A DNA stretch of 64,000 nucleotides from assembly GCF_009914755.1 (NCBI RefSeq), contig NC_060925.1; one strand, written 5' to 3'. The stretch's first letter is position 1; the number at the start of each line of letters is the position of its first letter. This document shows positions 1 to 12,247 of the stretch, one piece after another. Source of the stretch: the human T2T-CHM13v2.0 reference genome, Homo sapiens. The position numbers and the translations under genes were made by a program. The notes under the pieces are model-generated. The model did not search any database. It was given only the letters and a program-made list of their open reading frames with translations, and was not told the origin of the DNA.

Positions 1-968
1 CTTGGGTAAAAACAGGGTCCAGAGAATCTTGAAGTTTCAATTGTTTTCAGTTACTCAGCTTTTCCCTAACTGCCCACCATCTTTCTGGCCTCCCAAAATG
101 ACTTCATTGCCATGAATTAAGAGTTGACCCAAGAGCTGGCTGAAAGGCATCAGAAAAAAAGAAAATGGCATTACCTAAAATATATGTCCTCATTACCATT
201 CATTTCATATATATGATATTCATTTTCACATTTTCTATCTCCTTTACTTTTCAAAGTGAGGCACAGAAACACTGAACTACAGAAAGCAAAGGGCAAAGGA
301 TGGAGCTCGGATTTGAACTGAATTACAAAGCCAGTGCTCTTTCAGTGCCTTCCATGTTGACTCCTTTTGAGAGCGAACAACTGTAGTAATACATGTTAAC
401 TCAGGTTTAATGATTTGTTCTGGGTCCTCTATTTATATAAAATTTGATTTCCTGATCTCTCAATCCCTGAATCCTTGACCTAGCCTCAGAACCAGTTTAT
501 TTTTTCAATTGTTATGATAGGGTTTCATATATTATTTAAAATATACCTTGATAAGGACCTATTAAAAAAACTTTAACAAAAAAATAGTGATCTTTTGTTC
601 TTCATTTAATGTCCTTCCCCTCAGTGGGTCTAGGCAAATAATATGCAGAAGAATTTCTTGAAGGTGAGATGTCTTCTAGCTTGAGCCTCAGGGGTTCATT
701 CAGGTCTCTCATCAAAAGCAAATTTTAAGTAGGTCTCTTACTGATTTATAATTTACAAACTTTGCCAACTATAGCATACAAAAATCACCCTAGTGTAAAG
801 AGAAATGCGAATTTAATTCATAGACATTGGTTGACACAAAGTTTAACTTTATTTCATAATGACTACATTTCAACTTCATTTATTGCTTTAAAGTTAAAAT
901 TAAAAGTCATTTTTATAGCCAAGCCAAAAGTTTTAAGGCAAATAATTTTCAATTGTGAATTATAGGTT

Positions 969-1192
969 TGTCTTAGTCATTGGTAGTGCTACAACAAATA
1001 TACCATAGACTAGATGGTTTAAATGACAAAAAAAATATATTTTTTCAGTTCTAGAAGTTGAGAAGTCCAAGATCAAGGTACTGGTTGAGCCAGTGACTAG
1101 TGACGGCCCATCCTGGCTTGCAGACAGCCGTCTTCTTGCATCCTCAGGAAGAGCAGAGAGAGAGAGAGAGAGAGGCAAGGTCTCTCATGTCC
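969..1192 (-). mobile_element. MaLR LTR fragment (MLT1A/B-like), 3' part
   Basis: tgtcttagtc...cagttctagaagttgagaagtccaagatcaaggtac is the reverse complement of an MLT1 3' end; contains a (GA)n tract. Confidence 0.75.
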
Positions 1193-1195
1193 ATG

Positions 1196-1477
1196 TATTG
1201 GTATTAAAAGGAAGGGCCACTGGGAGGTGATTAGGTCATGAATGGAATTAGTGCCCTTATAAAGGAGGCCCTAAATAGCTCCCTTGTCCTTTCCACTATG
1301 TGAAGTTACAGAGAAGATGGCCATCTATGAAGAAGCTGGCTCTCACCAGATGCTAAATCTGCTGGTACCTTTATCTTGGACTTCCCAGCCTCCAGAACTG
1401 TGATAAATAAATTTCTGCTGTTTATAAGCCATCCAATTTAAAATAGTCTGTTATAATAGCCCAAATGGGCTATGGCA
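1196..1477 (+). mobile_element. MaLR LTR (MLT1A0-like), 5' end missing
   Basis: gggaggtgattaggtcatga, gcccttataaagg, cttggacttcccagcctccagaactgtgataaataaatttctg. Confidence 0.8.
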
Positions 1478-2593
1478 GACAGTTCGGTATAGTGCATCCC
1501 TTTCAAAGAGTTGAGCATAGATTTTCTTTACACATCTCATCTTTTAAAAACCTTTACCATTTAGAAGTATTTGTATTATAATGTACTTGCGGCTCATAAA
1601 ATAAAAGCATTGTCACATCATTTTTAATACACATACATTATTGGAAAACATAAAAATTACATCTAATTAGAGAGAAGGACTAAATTCCAAGTAAGTCTGG
1701 GGGAAAGAATAAGTACTCGAAAGTGTATTTACTGAGTCTGTTTTCAAGTGAGAGATGCATAAAATTCAAATTTACGAGCAGATAAATACATTTATGCCTA
1801 CCAAGGATTTTTCAATGTATTTGTAACTTTTGCAACCCAGGTTTTAATCCCTGTCTGCTACTATAGGACCTTAAGTTTCCTTTAAATTGTCATCCAATAT
1901 GGCTGAGATGATCCTAGGGTGGGTTATGTTTGTCCAGTACTATGTTATCCTCTGATATTTGCCATTTTCTTCTTCTTCTGCCCAGATCCCCTGAGGTGAG
2001 AAAGTATTTTCCTGACATTCCCACAGCCTGCTGTGTTCATGCAAATATCTCACTGCTGATACTTCTGTGGGCCAGAGGGAGAAGGCTTGAGTTTCAGATT
2101 CTACCACTACAGCAATGGGATGACTGGTTGAGTCAAAGCATCTCCACCCATGCCAGAAGAGAAGAAGTCAGAGAAAAGAACTAAGACAATTGCTGACCTT
2201 ACAACGGTCCTGTCTTCTGATGCCATCACCAGAAATTTGCACACCTCAAGCTACAAAGTGACTCCAAAAGGAGAGTTCCAGTCTCTTTTATGCTGCTCTC
2301 TTTAATATCTTCCCCCCCAGGAAGGAGTGATCTTGATCGACTGGTCATTTTCCAGGTCACTAATTACTCCACATTTTCTATGGGTGGATGCTTTAAAGAA
2401 AATAAAAATGAAAGCTCTTCTCATCTTAATTTATTCTTTCCTTCCACTCGACCAGACTAGTAGCTGAGGTAGTGCAGCCAAAGAGTCACTTAGTCACTCT
2501 CCCTCTCCTTGGATGCTTTTTTGACCCATTTGGCATCTAGACCAGAGTTACTGCCAATTGGAATCTAGGCAGGAAGGCAAAGACTTGCTTTTA

Positions 2594-2675
2594 TTAGGTT
2601 GGTGCAAAAGTCACTGCAGTCTTCGCCATTACTTTTAAATGGCAAAAACCGCAATAAACTTTTGCACCAACCTAA
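2594..2675. mobile_element. MADE1 (Hsmar1-derived MITE), full length
   Basis: ttaggttggtgcaaaagt...acttttgcaccaacctaa terminal inverted repeats; TA duplication at 2592-2593 and 2676-2677. Confidence 0.95.
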
Positions 2676-3077
2676 TAGCTCTTTTCTCTGACTTCTTCTC
2701 TTCTGGCGTTGGTGGAGATGCTTTGACTCAACCAGTCATCCCATTATCGTAGTGGTAGAATCTGAAGCTCAAGTTTGGATTGACAAGATCCTCTGGCCCT
2801 TGTACATTCAGGTGAACATGGGTATAATTTAGCTGAGGTAAAGGGGGCTTGATGACGTATTGCCTAGTTTACAACAGATCTACATTAGCACTCAGACACA
2901 AAGCCTCAGTTAGTAATATTTGTGTCATCAGCATTTGTTTTATGTTCGTATTAAAACTAAGAGGAGAGATAATCCAGCTATGTTACTTCAGGTTCTCCAA
3001 AGGGCAGACTGTTTAAGACAGTATTAAGCTTACAAGGATTTTGTTAGAAAAAAATGCCTGCATGAAGAAATGGTGAA

Positions 3078-3367
3078 GGCCAGGTGCAGTGGCTCACACC
3101 TGTAATCCCAGTTCTTTGAAAGGCCAAAGTAGCAGGATTGCTTAAGCCCAGGAGTTTGAGAACAGCCTGGGCAACATAGCAAGACTTCATTTCTACCAAA
3201 AGTCTTAAAAAATTAGCCAGATGTGGGGGGATGCACTTGTAGTCATAGCTACTCAGGAGGCTGAGGTTGGAGGATGGTTTGAGCCCAGGAGTTCAAGGCT
3301 GGAGTAAGCTATGATGATGTCACTGCACTCCAGCCTGGATGACAGTGAGATCCTGTCTCTAAAAAAG
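3078..3367 (+). mobile_element. AluJ
   Basis: Full dimer with J-type ggattgcttaagcccaggagtttgag and gagcccaggagttcaaggctg. Confidence 0.9.
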
Positions 3368-3480
3368 AAAGAAAGAAGGAAGGAAGGAAGGAAGGAAGGA
3401 AGGAAGGAAGGAAGGAATGAATCAAGGAAGGAAGGAAGGAAGGAAGGAAGGAATGAATCAAGGAAGGAAGAAAGGAAGGG
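3368..3480 (+). repeat. Compound (GGAA)n microsatellite derived from the Alu tail
   Basis: (GGAA)10 TGAATCAA (GGAA)7 TGAATCAA (GGAA)2 starting at 3378. Confidence 0.95.
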
Positions 3481-4020
3481 CTTAGAAAACAGCCTGATAG
3501 GATGCAAGTCTGACCCCCATGAGGGAGGCAAGGAAGAGAGATTGGAGGGAAGCACCTAGACTTCTATACAGTTTAAGGAAGTGTCACAAAAGCTGTCAAG
3601 AACTCCTCAAACCAAAGCCATCAGAAAAGTCTCTTGTTGCTCCATAATGAATGTGCCTAAGGAACCATGTTGCACTCAATGATTGGCAAGGAGCAGCCCC
3701 TCGAAAGGCATAGTCTTGGTACAAAGCAGTGATGGATTTCAAAGAGCAGCAGCTGGAGTTCAATTACACTTTCTGTGGTTGAAGGTTGAGATGCACATTC
3801 CCATGGCTGCCACACAAACAAACAGGGGATTTTGGTATTCCTTGGACACCTAATCAAAATGCCTAATAAGTATTGACCTAAAAACACCCTTGTTTATTGC
3901 CTGACACCTAGATGGCTCCACATCCTCCAGGCTCTTTAGGCCAATCTTTTAATAGCTGTAATGAAATGTTCTTTCACTTATTGAAGAAAACCAGCATTTT
4001 CTCATCCCAGTTTTCCCAGG

Positions 4021-4628
4021 TGTATTAGTTTTCTATTGCTGCATAACAAATTACCACAACCTTAGCTGCTTAAAGCAACACCCATTTATTGTCGCACAGA
4101 TATGTAGGTCAGAAGTCCAGGAGGGCTCAACTGGGTTTTCGGTCTAGGATCTCATGAGGCTAAAACCAAAGTCTTGCCCAGATTACATTCTTATTTGGAA
4201 TATCTGGGGAAGAATTTCTTTCCAAGGTCATTCATGTTGTTGGCAGAATTTAGTTCCATGTGGTTGCAAGCGTGAGGTGCCAGTTTTCTTGCTGGCTTTC
4301 AGTCACGGGGTCACGTTTAGTTCCTAAAATCTGCTTTGAGGTCTTTTTACCCATCCCCCTCCACCTCCACAAAAAGCCAACCTCATGCCAAATCTCCGTG
4401 AAACTTCCAATATCTTGAATGTCTTCTGCTACCAGCTAGAAGAAAGTCTGCTTTTAAGAGGCTTGCTTGATTAGATTAGGTCCACCTGGAGACACCCCCA
4501 TGTTCAGGTCAATTGATGAATAACCTTCTCTACATCTGTCAAATTACTTTCCCATGTAATATAACATAATTGCAGCCATGCTAGCTCATTGTGTTTATAG
4601 GGGGTCATCTTAAAATGCTGCCAGCCAC
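4021..4628 (-). mobile_element. MaLR LTR (MLT1D/E-like)
   Basis: tgtattagttttctattgctgcataacaaattaccacaa...ggggtcatcttaaaatgctgccagccaca. Confidence 0.8.
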
Positions 4629-7056
4629 ATAAACAACTTTGAGTATGCCTACTCCAGATCTCCTTGCTTGCTTCTCAAAAAGTCCCTCGTTTCCGCTCTG
4701 CTTTCCCTCACACTACTGTATGCCATACTGAAGGCAACATATTTTCCATAATTCACCAAAAGTATAACAAATAAACTATTGTGCATGGCACATGTTTACT
4801 ATCGGTTGGGTTATTACTAGGAGATGATATCAGAGAAAAATAAATACAAAAAATTTTAAGAGAATTTTAAAAATCAATAAACTACTAAAATTTCTTCCTA
4901 CTCACATTCTTCGTACTTAGTTCACTGACCATCTTTACTCAGAGTCTGTTTCCTTTAAGATTGTTTTATTCTTTTATGCTCTACCTACCAGCGACTTCCT
5001 TAGAAAGACAGTATCACAGTTTACCACCTACCCCAAACTACTCAAAGCTATCCAAGCACACAATCTGGAGTTTCCTTAAACAAAAGAGGCATCAATCAGG
5101 TTCTCATTCTCAGCAAGAGTCTTCTTCCCTGTCCCCAACCTCCCCACCCCACCTCTTCCAGGAGAACATAGAAAGGAGCTTTAAAAGGGATTTATTCTAG
5201 TCCTAAATACAACAAAACTATGGGAGTGGTGGAACTTTTTGCATTATTCTGTGTAAAAATAAAGAGATTCACCATTTTCCCTGTTCTAACTGCATAAAGC
5301 AGAACAAGCTGAGGTTCTTGTGCACCAAAGCCTCATGTTTGCTGGATGCCTGGAAGTCTCTTTTCTATACCCTGGTGCTTTAGGATTTGTTCCAAAGTAG
5401 CATTGCCTTGTGCCCTATGTCTGGGTTTTAGCACAAAATAGTTCTCTCATATCTACTTTAAAGCCTCTCTAGGACACAAATGGATTTTTTCAGTCCTGAC
5501 CCAGAGAAGGAAATGAACAGACTTGGGATTCGACTTTCTCCCCACAATAGAGGCTTTGGTGGTGTGGCCCTTCTTTTATATATCTTTCTACCCCAAGGCT
5601 TCCCCACTCCCTTGTGTAACCGAGCTTGTAATGGGGCCGCCCAGTAGTGTACCAAGCATGCACAAACACGTCTAAAATGCTGCAGAGGATATGGACTACA
5701 CCAGTTCTGGTACCACCTAACAGAGGAATTTGCAGATTGTTCTTTTTCCCATACACATAGACATATATTCTTCTACTCCCAGCATGTAAGTGCTTTACCA
5801 GTTTTATTGGTCAGATTTGCAATTGCCTCTTTCACTTCTGGTTTATATGATTGAGGTCAGAGTGTTAAGTTTTATGGGTTAAATATAAGAGACTCACTGT
5901 TCCTTCTTGTTTTTCTTGTCATAAAGAGTACAGTACTGGAGTGGCAGAACTTAATGAATCGAGTCTTTAGCCTGACACCCAGAGCAGCACCTGCTGGCAG
6001 CTGGAAGTGACACTGCTGTAAACCTTCCACCCCATGGTTAGGCAGGGTTTGCACTGGAGCCTTGTTAACTCACTACCCTTCAAACACATGATAAATGTTC
6101 TTCTTTGAAGAAAACAAAAACAAACCAAAAAAATAAGGTGTTTTACACTAGCATCTTGTTTTCCGTGTTTTCCACTAGCATCTTGTTCACCTGTGCTATC
6201 AGAACTAAATATCTAAGATAATTAAAAAGTAATAAAGTTTTTCCATGTCTTTTTATTGAAATTGCAAAGATTTTACAGCTTTTTAATCTGCCCTGCCTGT
6301 ATATGTTAATCCTTAAAGTAAACATAGAAATTTGATTCATTCTTAAAAGTCTTGCATATGCCAAAAATAGTAACCATGTATTTCCAACCTGGAAACCAAA
6401 GACCTGCAAAGTCCAGAAGGGCTGTTTATGATGATTCCTGTGAGTTCACAAGCATCGCTTATCACAAGTATTAAGGAATTTAATAATTGTTTTGATTCCA
6501 AGGGAATTTCTTTTTAGTTATAAATGTGAACCATTTCATTCGTTAGGCCCTTAATGAAATACCTGTGAGACATGTGTGTCAGATACTTCTTAAAACCTTC
6601 AAAATAAAGTGTGATGATTTCTCTAGAGACACTTATAAATAAGTTCAGAAAAAGACAGCCTGAAGACAGCTAAGGTAATGCACTGCTTACCACTAAGTGG
6701 GAAACTTACTCTACAGCAATCTTGTTTGATAAAATGCTCATGAATAGTCTTTTTACACCAAAAATTTATCATCATGCAAACAAGCAAGGGATTTGATGAA
6801 CAAAAATCCCTCAAATTAAGTTTCCTTGTTTTAACCCCATCGCTTTCAGAATTCACATAGAACTTTATATAGAGAGCTATTTCCACATGACCAAAACGAT
6901 ACATTCAGTGATCCAGTGTCCCCAGAAGATATCCTTAGCAAATTGCTTGACAACAGATACAATGTATGTTTAGTGTTTTCTCTTTGCTAATCACTGTGGT
7001 AGGTGCTGTGGTTTAGATTATTTTATTTAAGATTCACAAATCACTTCAAAATATAT

Positions 7057-8310
7057 ATTCATTCAGTAAACTAAAATTTTATTCATCTATTGCTATGTAT
7101 CATGCACTATTCCAGGCACTTGGGATGAATCAATTAAAAAAGCAAACATCACTCAAGGAGCTTACATTCTAGTGGGGGAAGAGAGAAAATATACAATTAA
7201 TATACATAAAAATTGCATAAATTGTGTAATATATTGGAAGGGGCTAAATGTTATAGAATAAGAGAAATTTGAGAGTTAGATTGGGGAACAGTTTGTCTAA
7301 TAAGATAGCATGGCCAGTATAGGTCTCACTGTAAAGCCAATATTTGGTCAAAAGCCTGAAAGAGACAAAAAATAGCTATTAAGATATCTGTGGGAAGGTG
7401 CTGCAGGTATAGGGTATATCTTCATCTGCAAAGACGAAAAGGCAGGAGTGTGACAGGCCTGTGAGAAGGCCTATTAGAATAACAGCAAGGTGGCCAGTGG
7501 GGCTGGAAGGGAATATACAAGGTGAAGAGCCATAGAAGATGAAGGTGGAGGGTCACATGCGTTCTGGGGGGCCATTGCAGGGACTTCCTCTCTTTCTCTG
7601 TGTAAAAGTGGGGTCATTACTGGCTTTAAGGAGAGGAGTGACATCATCAGATTTACATTTCAAAATGATTTCTCCCTCTGCCTCAGGAAGAAGAGACTGC
7701 CAGGAGCCAAAGGGAGAGGAGAAATGAGGTGAGAGTCTATCACAATTCAGGCAGATAGGATGGTGGCCCTGGCTACAATGAAAACCATCATAAGGAATAG
7801 CCAATAGCTAAGTGGCTTGATTTGGGGGATGAAAGGGCTGATTCTAAGGTTTTCGCCTAAACTACTATTATGATGGTGTCATTTAAATTGAGATTAGAAA
7901 GACTGTACATGGAAGAGGTTTGTGGAGGAAGATCAAGGACTTTGATTTTGGACATATTGAAAGTATGTCTAGTGCATATTGCAGTGGCAACATCAAGTAT
8001 GCAGTTGGACATATAAGTCTGGAGTTAGAGACAAGGGTTGAGCTAGAGATTAACCTTGGAAATTATTGACATATAGATATTATGCGAAGGCTTTGGGCTG
8101 GTTGAGATTATCAAGAGAATGGGTACAAATGGAGAAGAAGAGATTATGAAGATCTGGGTCCAGAGCACTCTAATGATGACAGGTGGGAAAGAGGAGGCAG
8201 AACCAACAAAGACAGTTGAAAGACATAACAAAGGACACAGAGGATAAACTATGAGGATGATCAAGAAAGTACAGTGTTCTAAAAACCAGCTGAATACAGT
8301 GGAGAACATA
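7057..8310 (-). mobile_element. L2 LINE, degraded 3' portion
   Basis: attcattca (reverse of the L2 tail), caaggagcttacattctagtgggg, ttttggacatattga...gcagttggacatataagtctggagt. Confidence 0.8.
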
Positions 8311-8324
8311 ATGTGGCTCTAAAG

Positions 8325-8410
8325 GTTTAAGAATTTGGTTAAATTTCATAAAACTAGTAAGTGGTAGCAGTTGGATTTAAAGCCAGCTCTTTTGACTTCA
8401 AATCCTGGTT
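8325..8410 (-). mobile_element. MIR fragment
   Basis: ctagtaagtggtagcagttggatttaaagccag...tgacttcaaa. Confidence 0.55.
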
Positions 8411-8662
8411 GTATCTACAAAATACTGGAACCCTGAATATAAGCTATAGTTGTTATAAATGTAATGAAAGCTACAAACAAGAGTTACAAAAGGAAAGCCC
8501 TTTCTTGTCAGCAATGAGAGATTTAGACCACTTTTAGGCCATAAAAGTAAGAGCCATCCATGATCATTGAGAGTGATCTATTAATGATTGCTTAATATGA
8601 ACACACTTGTACTTTTATCATACTTTAAAGTTGTTCCTGGTAGTGGTTTACTGATTATTCTA

Positions 8663-8985
<323 letters not shown>

Positions 8986-8996
8986 TTAATTAAGAC

Positions 8997-9133
8997 TTTT
9001 TTTTTTTTTTAGAGGTAGGGTCTCACTCTGTTACCCAGGCCAAAGTACAGTGATGTGATCATAGCTCACTGCAGCCTTGAACTCCTAGTCTCTTGAGTAG
9101 CTGGGACGACAGATGTGTGCCCCCATGCCTGGC
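8997..9133 (-). mobile_element. Alu monomer (FLAM/FRAM-like)
   Basis: Poly-T followed by a single Alu arm; taagac direct repeat at 8991-8996 and 9134-9139. Confidence 0.85.
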
Positions 9134-9959
9134 TAAGACATAAGGATATATTTTAAGAAGTCTTAAAATAGGGGAAAAGCAAAATATAAAGTCATTCCAC
9201 AGAAGAGGCAAAAGATGTATTACACAACTTCTAAAGTTAATTTTACTTCAAAGAAGAGAGTACTGTAGTTGAAATACTTGACTGAAAACAGAAAGGGGCC
9301 TGGGAAGTCCTCCTGTCCAGTATTATCCAAGTATCTAGAGGATTAGCAAGGAAAGGGAGGAGATAAGAATTTTCAGGACTCCACTGTTTTCCCCATTTTA
9401 TTCAAATAAGAATCATTCTTATCAATTGTATACAAAGGGCTTCCTGTAAGATTTTCTTTGACTAACAGGCCTCACAAATAAATGATATTTATTTAATTTT
9501 TTATTTTACTGATAAGAAAACTGAGGACCCAATGTGACAGGCTCAAGATCATAGCTGTTAAGGGTTGAGCTGAAATTTAGATCTTCGTCTTATGATACCA
9601 AGTCCAGTGTGTGTACCTGCTTGTATGTGTGTGCTTGTGTGGCATGAGTGTGTGTATGTGTGCGCATGTCTCTATGTTTCTGTATAGTACACTTCCTATC
9701 TCCTGATATAAGAGTGGGGGAATCATCCCCACAACATGGAAAAAGCCTCAAAATCCCATCTCAAAATACGCTTGTGAAGTTCTGGGCACCAGAGGACGCA
9801 GACCAACTTTATAGTCACTCAGCTGACCACGTAATGGCACACTCAACTGAAGTATTACCATTGGTGCCTCTTCAGACCCTGGAACTTCTCTTTCTTCCCC
9901 TTTCATTTCCTCATTACTTCCAGAAACTTACTGCTTCTGAGAGTTTTTAAGATTCCTGC

Positions 9960-10692
9960 TAATAATAATAACTAATATTTTTCAAGTCTTATGATATGCT
10001 AGGCACCACTTGGTGTTTTATATATATTCTTATTTATATAAAAATATATATTATATTCTTATTTATATAAAAATATATATTATATTCTTATTTATATAAA
10101 AATATATATTATATTCTTATTTATATAAAAATATATATTATATTCTTATTTATATAAAAATATATATTATATTCTTATTTATATAAAAATATATATTATA
10201 TTCTTATTTATATAAAAATATATATTATATTCTTATTTATATAAAAATATATATTATATTCTTATTTATATAAAAATATATATTATATTCTTATTTATAT
10301 AAAAATATATATTATATTCTTATTTATATAAAAATATATATTATATTCTTATTTATATAAAATATATATTATATTCTTATTTATATAAAATATATATTAT
10401 ATTCTTATTTATATAAAATATATATTATATTCTTATTTATATAAAAATATATATTATATTCTTATTTATATATTCTTTCTTCTTAAAGAATTTACATATT
10501 CTTATTTATATATTAATATATATATATATATTCTTCATTCAAATGCACAGCAACTTTATGAAGTCAGTTTTAAAACTGTTTGTAGCTTCAACACAAGGAG
10601 ACTGAATCAGAGTACGAAGTACCTTGTTCAAACTCCTACCACCAGAATTCCAACCTGAGAGTCTAACTTAAAGCTTGACATGTAAACACTAC
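9960..10692 (-). mobile_element. MIR split by a minisatellite
   Basis: aataataataactaatattt...atgctaggcacc before the array; cacagcaactttatgaagt...gagactgaatcagag...gtctaacttaaagc after it. Confidence 0.55.
10021..10530. repeat. AT-rich minisatellite, 29-bp unit TTCTTATTTATATAAAAATATATATTATA, about 15 copies plus a degenerate tail
   Basis: Near-perfect tandem copies from about 10023 to 10470; a few units are 28 bp (one A fewer). Confidence 0.97.
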
Positions 10693-11522
10693 CTACGTGT
10701 GGAACACAGCCAGGTCTGTTCATCCCAGGCCTTATGTATATCTCATGTTCTCTGAATTATTTCTTTCTAAGGATAATGGTTTGTTTTTCATAGAATTTTA
10801 TACTTTGTTTGATATTTTCCGTAGGCACTACATCATGAAAACAGGCATCAAAATTCTCTTGCTGCTATAACTCATTCCACCAAAGCCTTTCCTTGACTGT
10901 ATAACTCATCAAAGAAACTAATGTGAGAAAAGTTATTAACAGCTTATAATCGGATAACCTATAATTTCCCTACTTTGCCCTCACTTCTGTGTTACATTTA
11001 AAAAGAGCTTTTACCTAAACCAAAACAAAATAGCTATGGAAAAGTTAGGCTCCATAATAGGACTGAGGGTGAATATAGTTCTGACTCTGCTGATCTCAAA
11101 TTACACCATCTTCACAAACATCTCTGCTATCTATGAAGAAGGTCTCCTAAAAGCATTCAACTTATGCCCTCTAAGGGGACATAACACCATTCCATGATGT
11201 CGCACCTGGATTTTTTCCTGTACCAGAATACCCTTCTTATCTGTAGCGAGCTAACACCACCCTCTGAATGCCATGCCATTCTTCTGAGGAATAATTCTTT
11301 CCACACTCTGCACTACAAGCTTTCAGTCAGGGTAACTATGGATTTATCTGATACTGCCTGCCTAGCCAACCAGATTGGGATTGGTGATCAGCCTACATCT
11401 CCTCATCAATCAGAACCTTGACCTAAGATGTTGGAATTAGGGTCCATTATGAGCCACTCTTAATCCCATTCTGTTTGCAAAGCTGGAAGATGTGTGTTTT
11501 CGTAGCTATGTGGTCACAATAT

Positions 11523-12247
<725 letters not shown>

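Larger units (their letters stand above)
2981..3814 (-). mobile_element. ERVL solo LTR (LTR16-family-like), interrupted by an Alu and a GGAA tract
   Basis: tg...ca termini; gatgcaagtctgacccc, gtgatggatttcaaagagcagcagctgg and cattcccatggctgccaca resemble an LTR16-type reverse complement. Subfamily from memory. Confidence 0.6.

Noticed and set aside
10021-10530. CRISPR-like array
   Set aside because: Head-to-tail tandem units with no unique spacers, in human DNA; it is a minisatellite.
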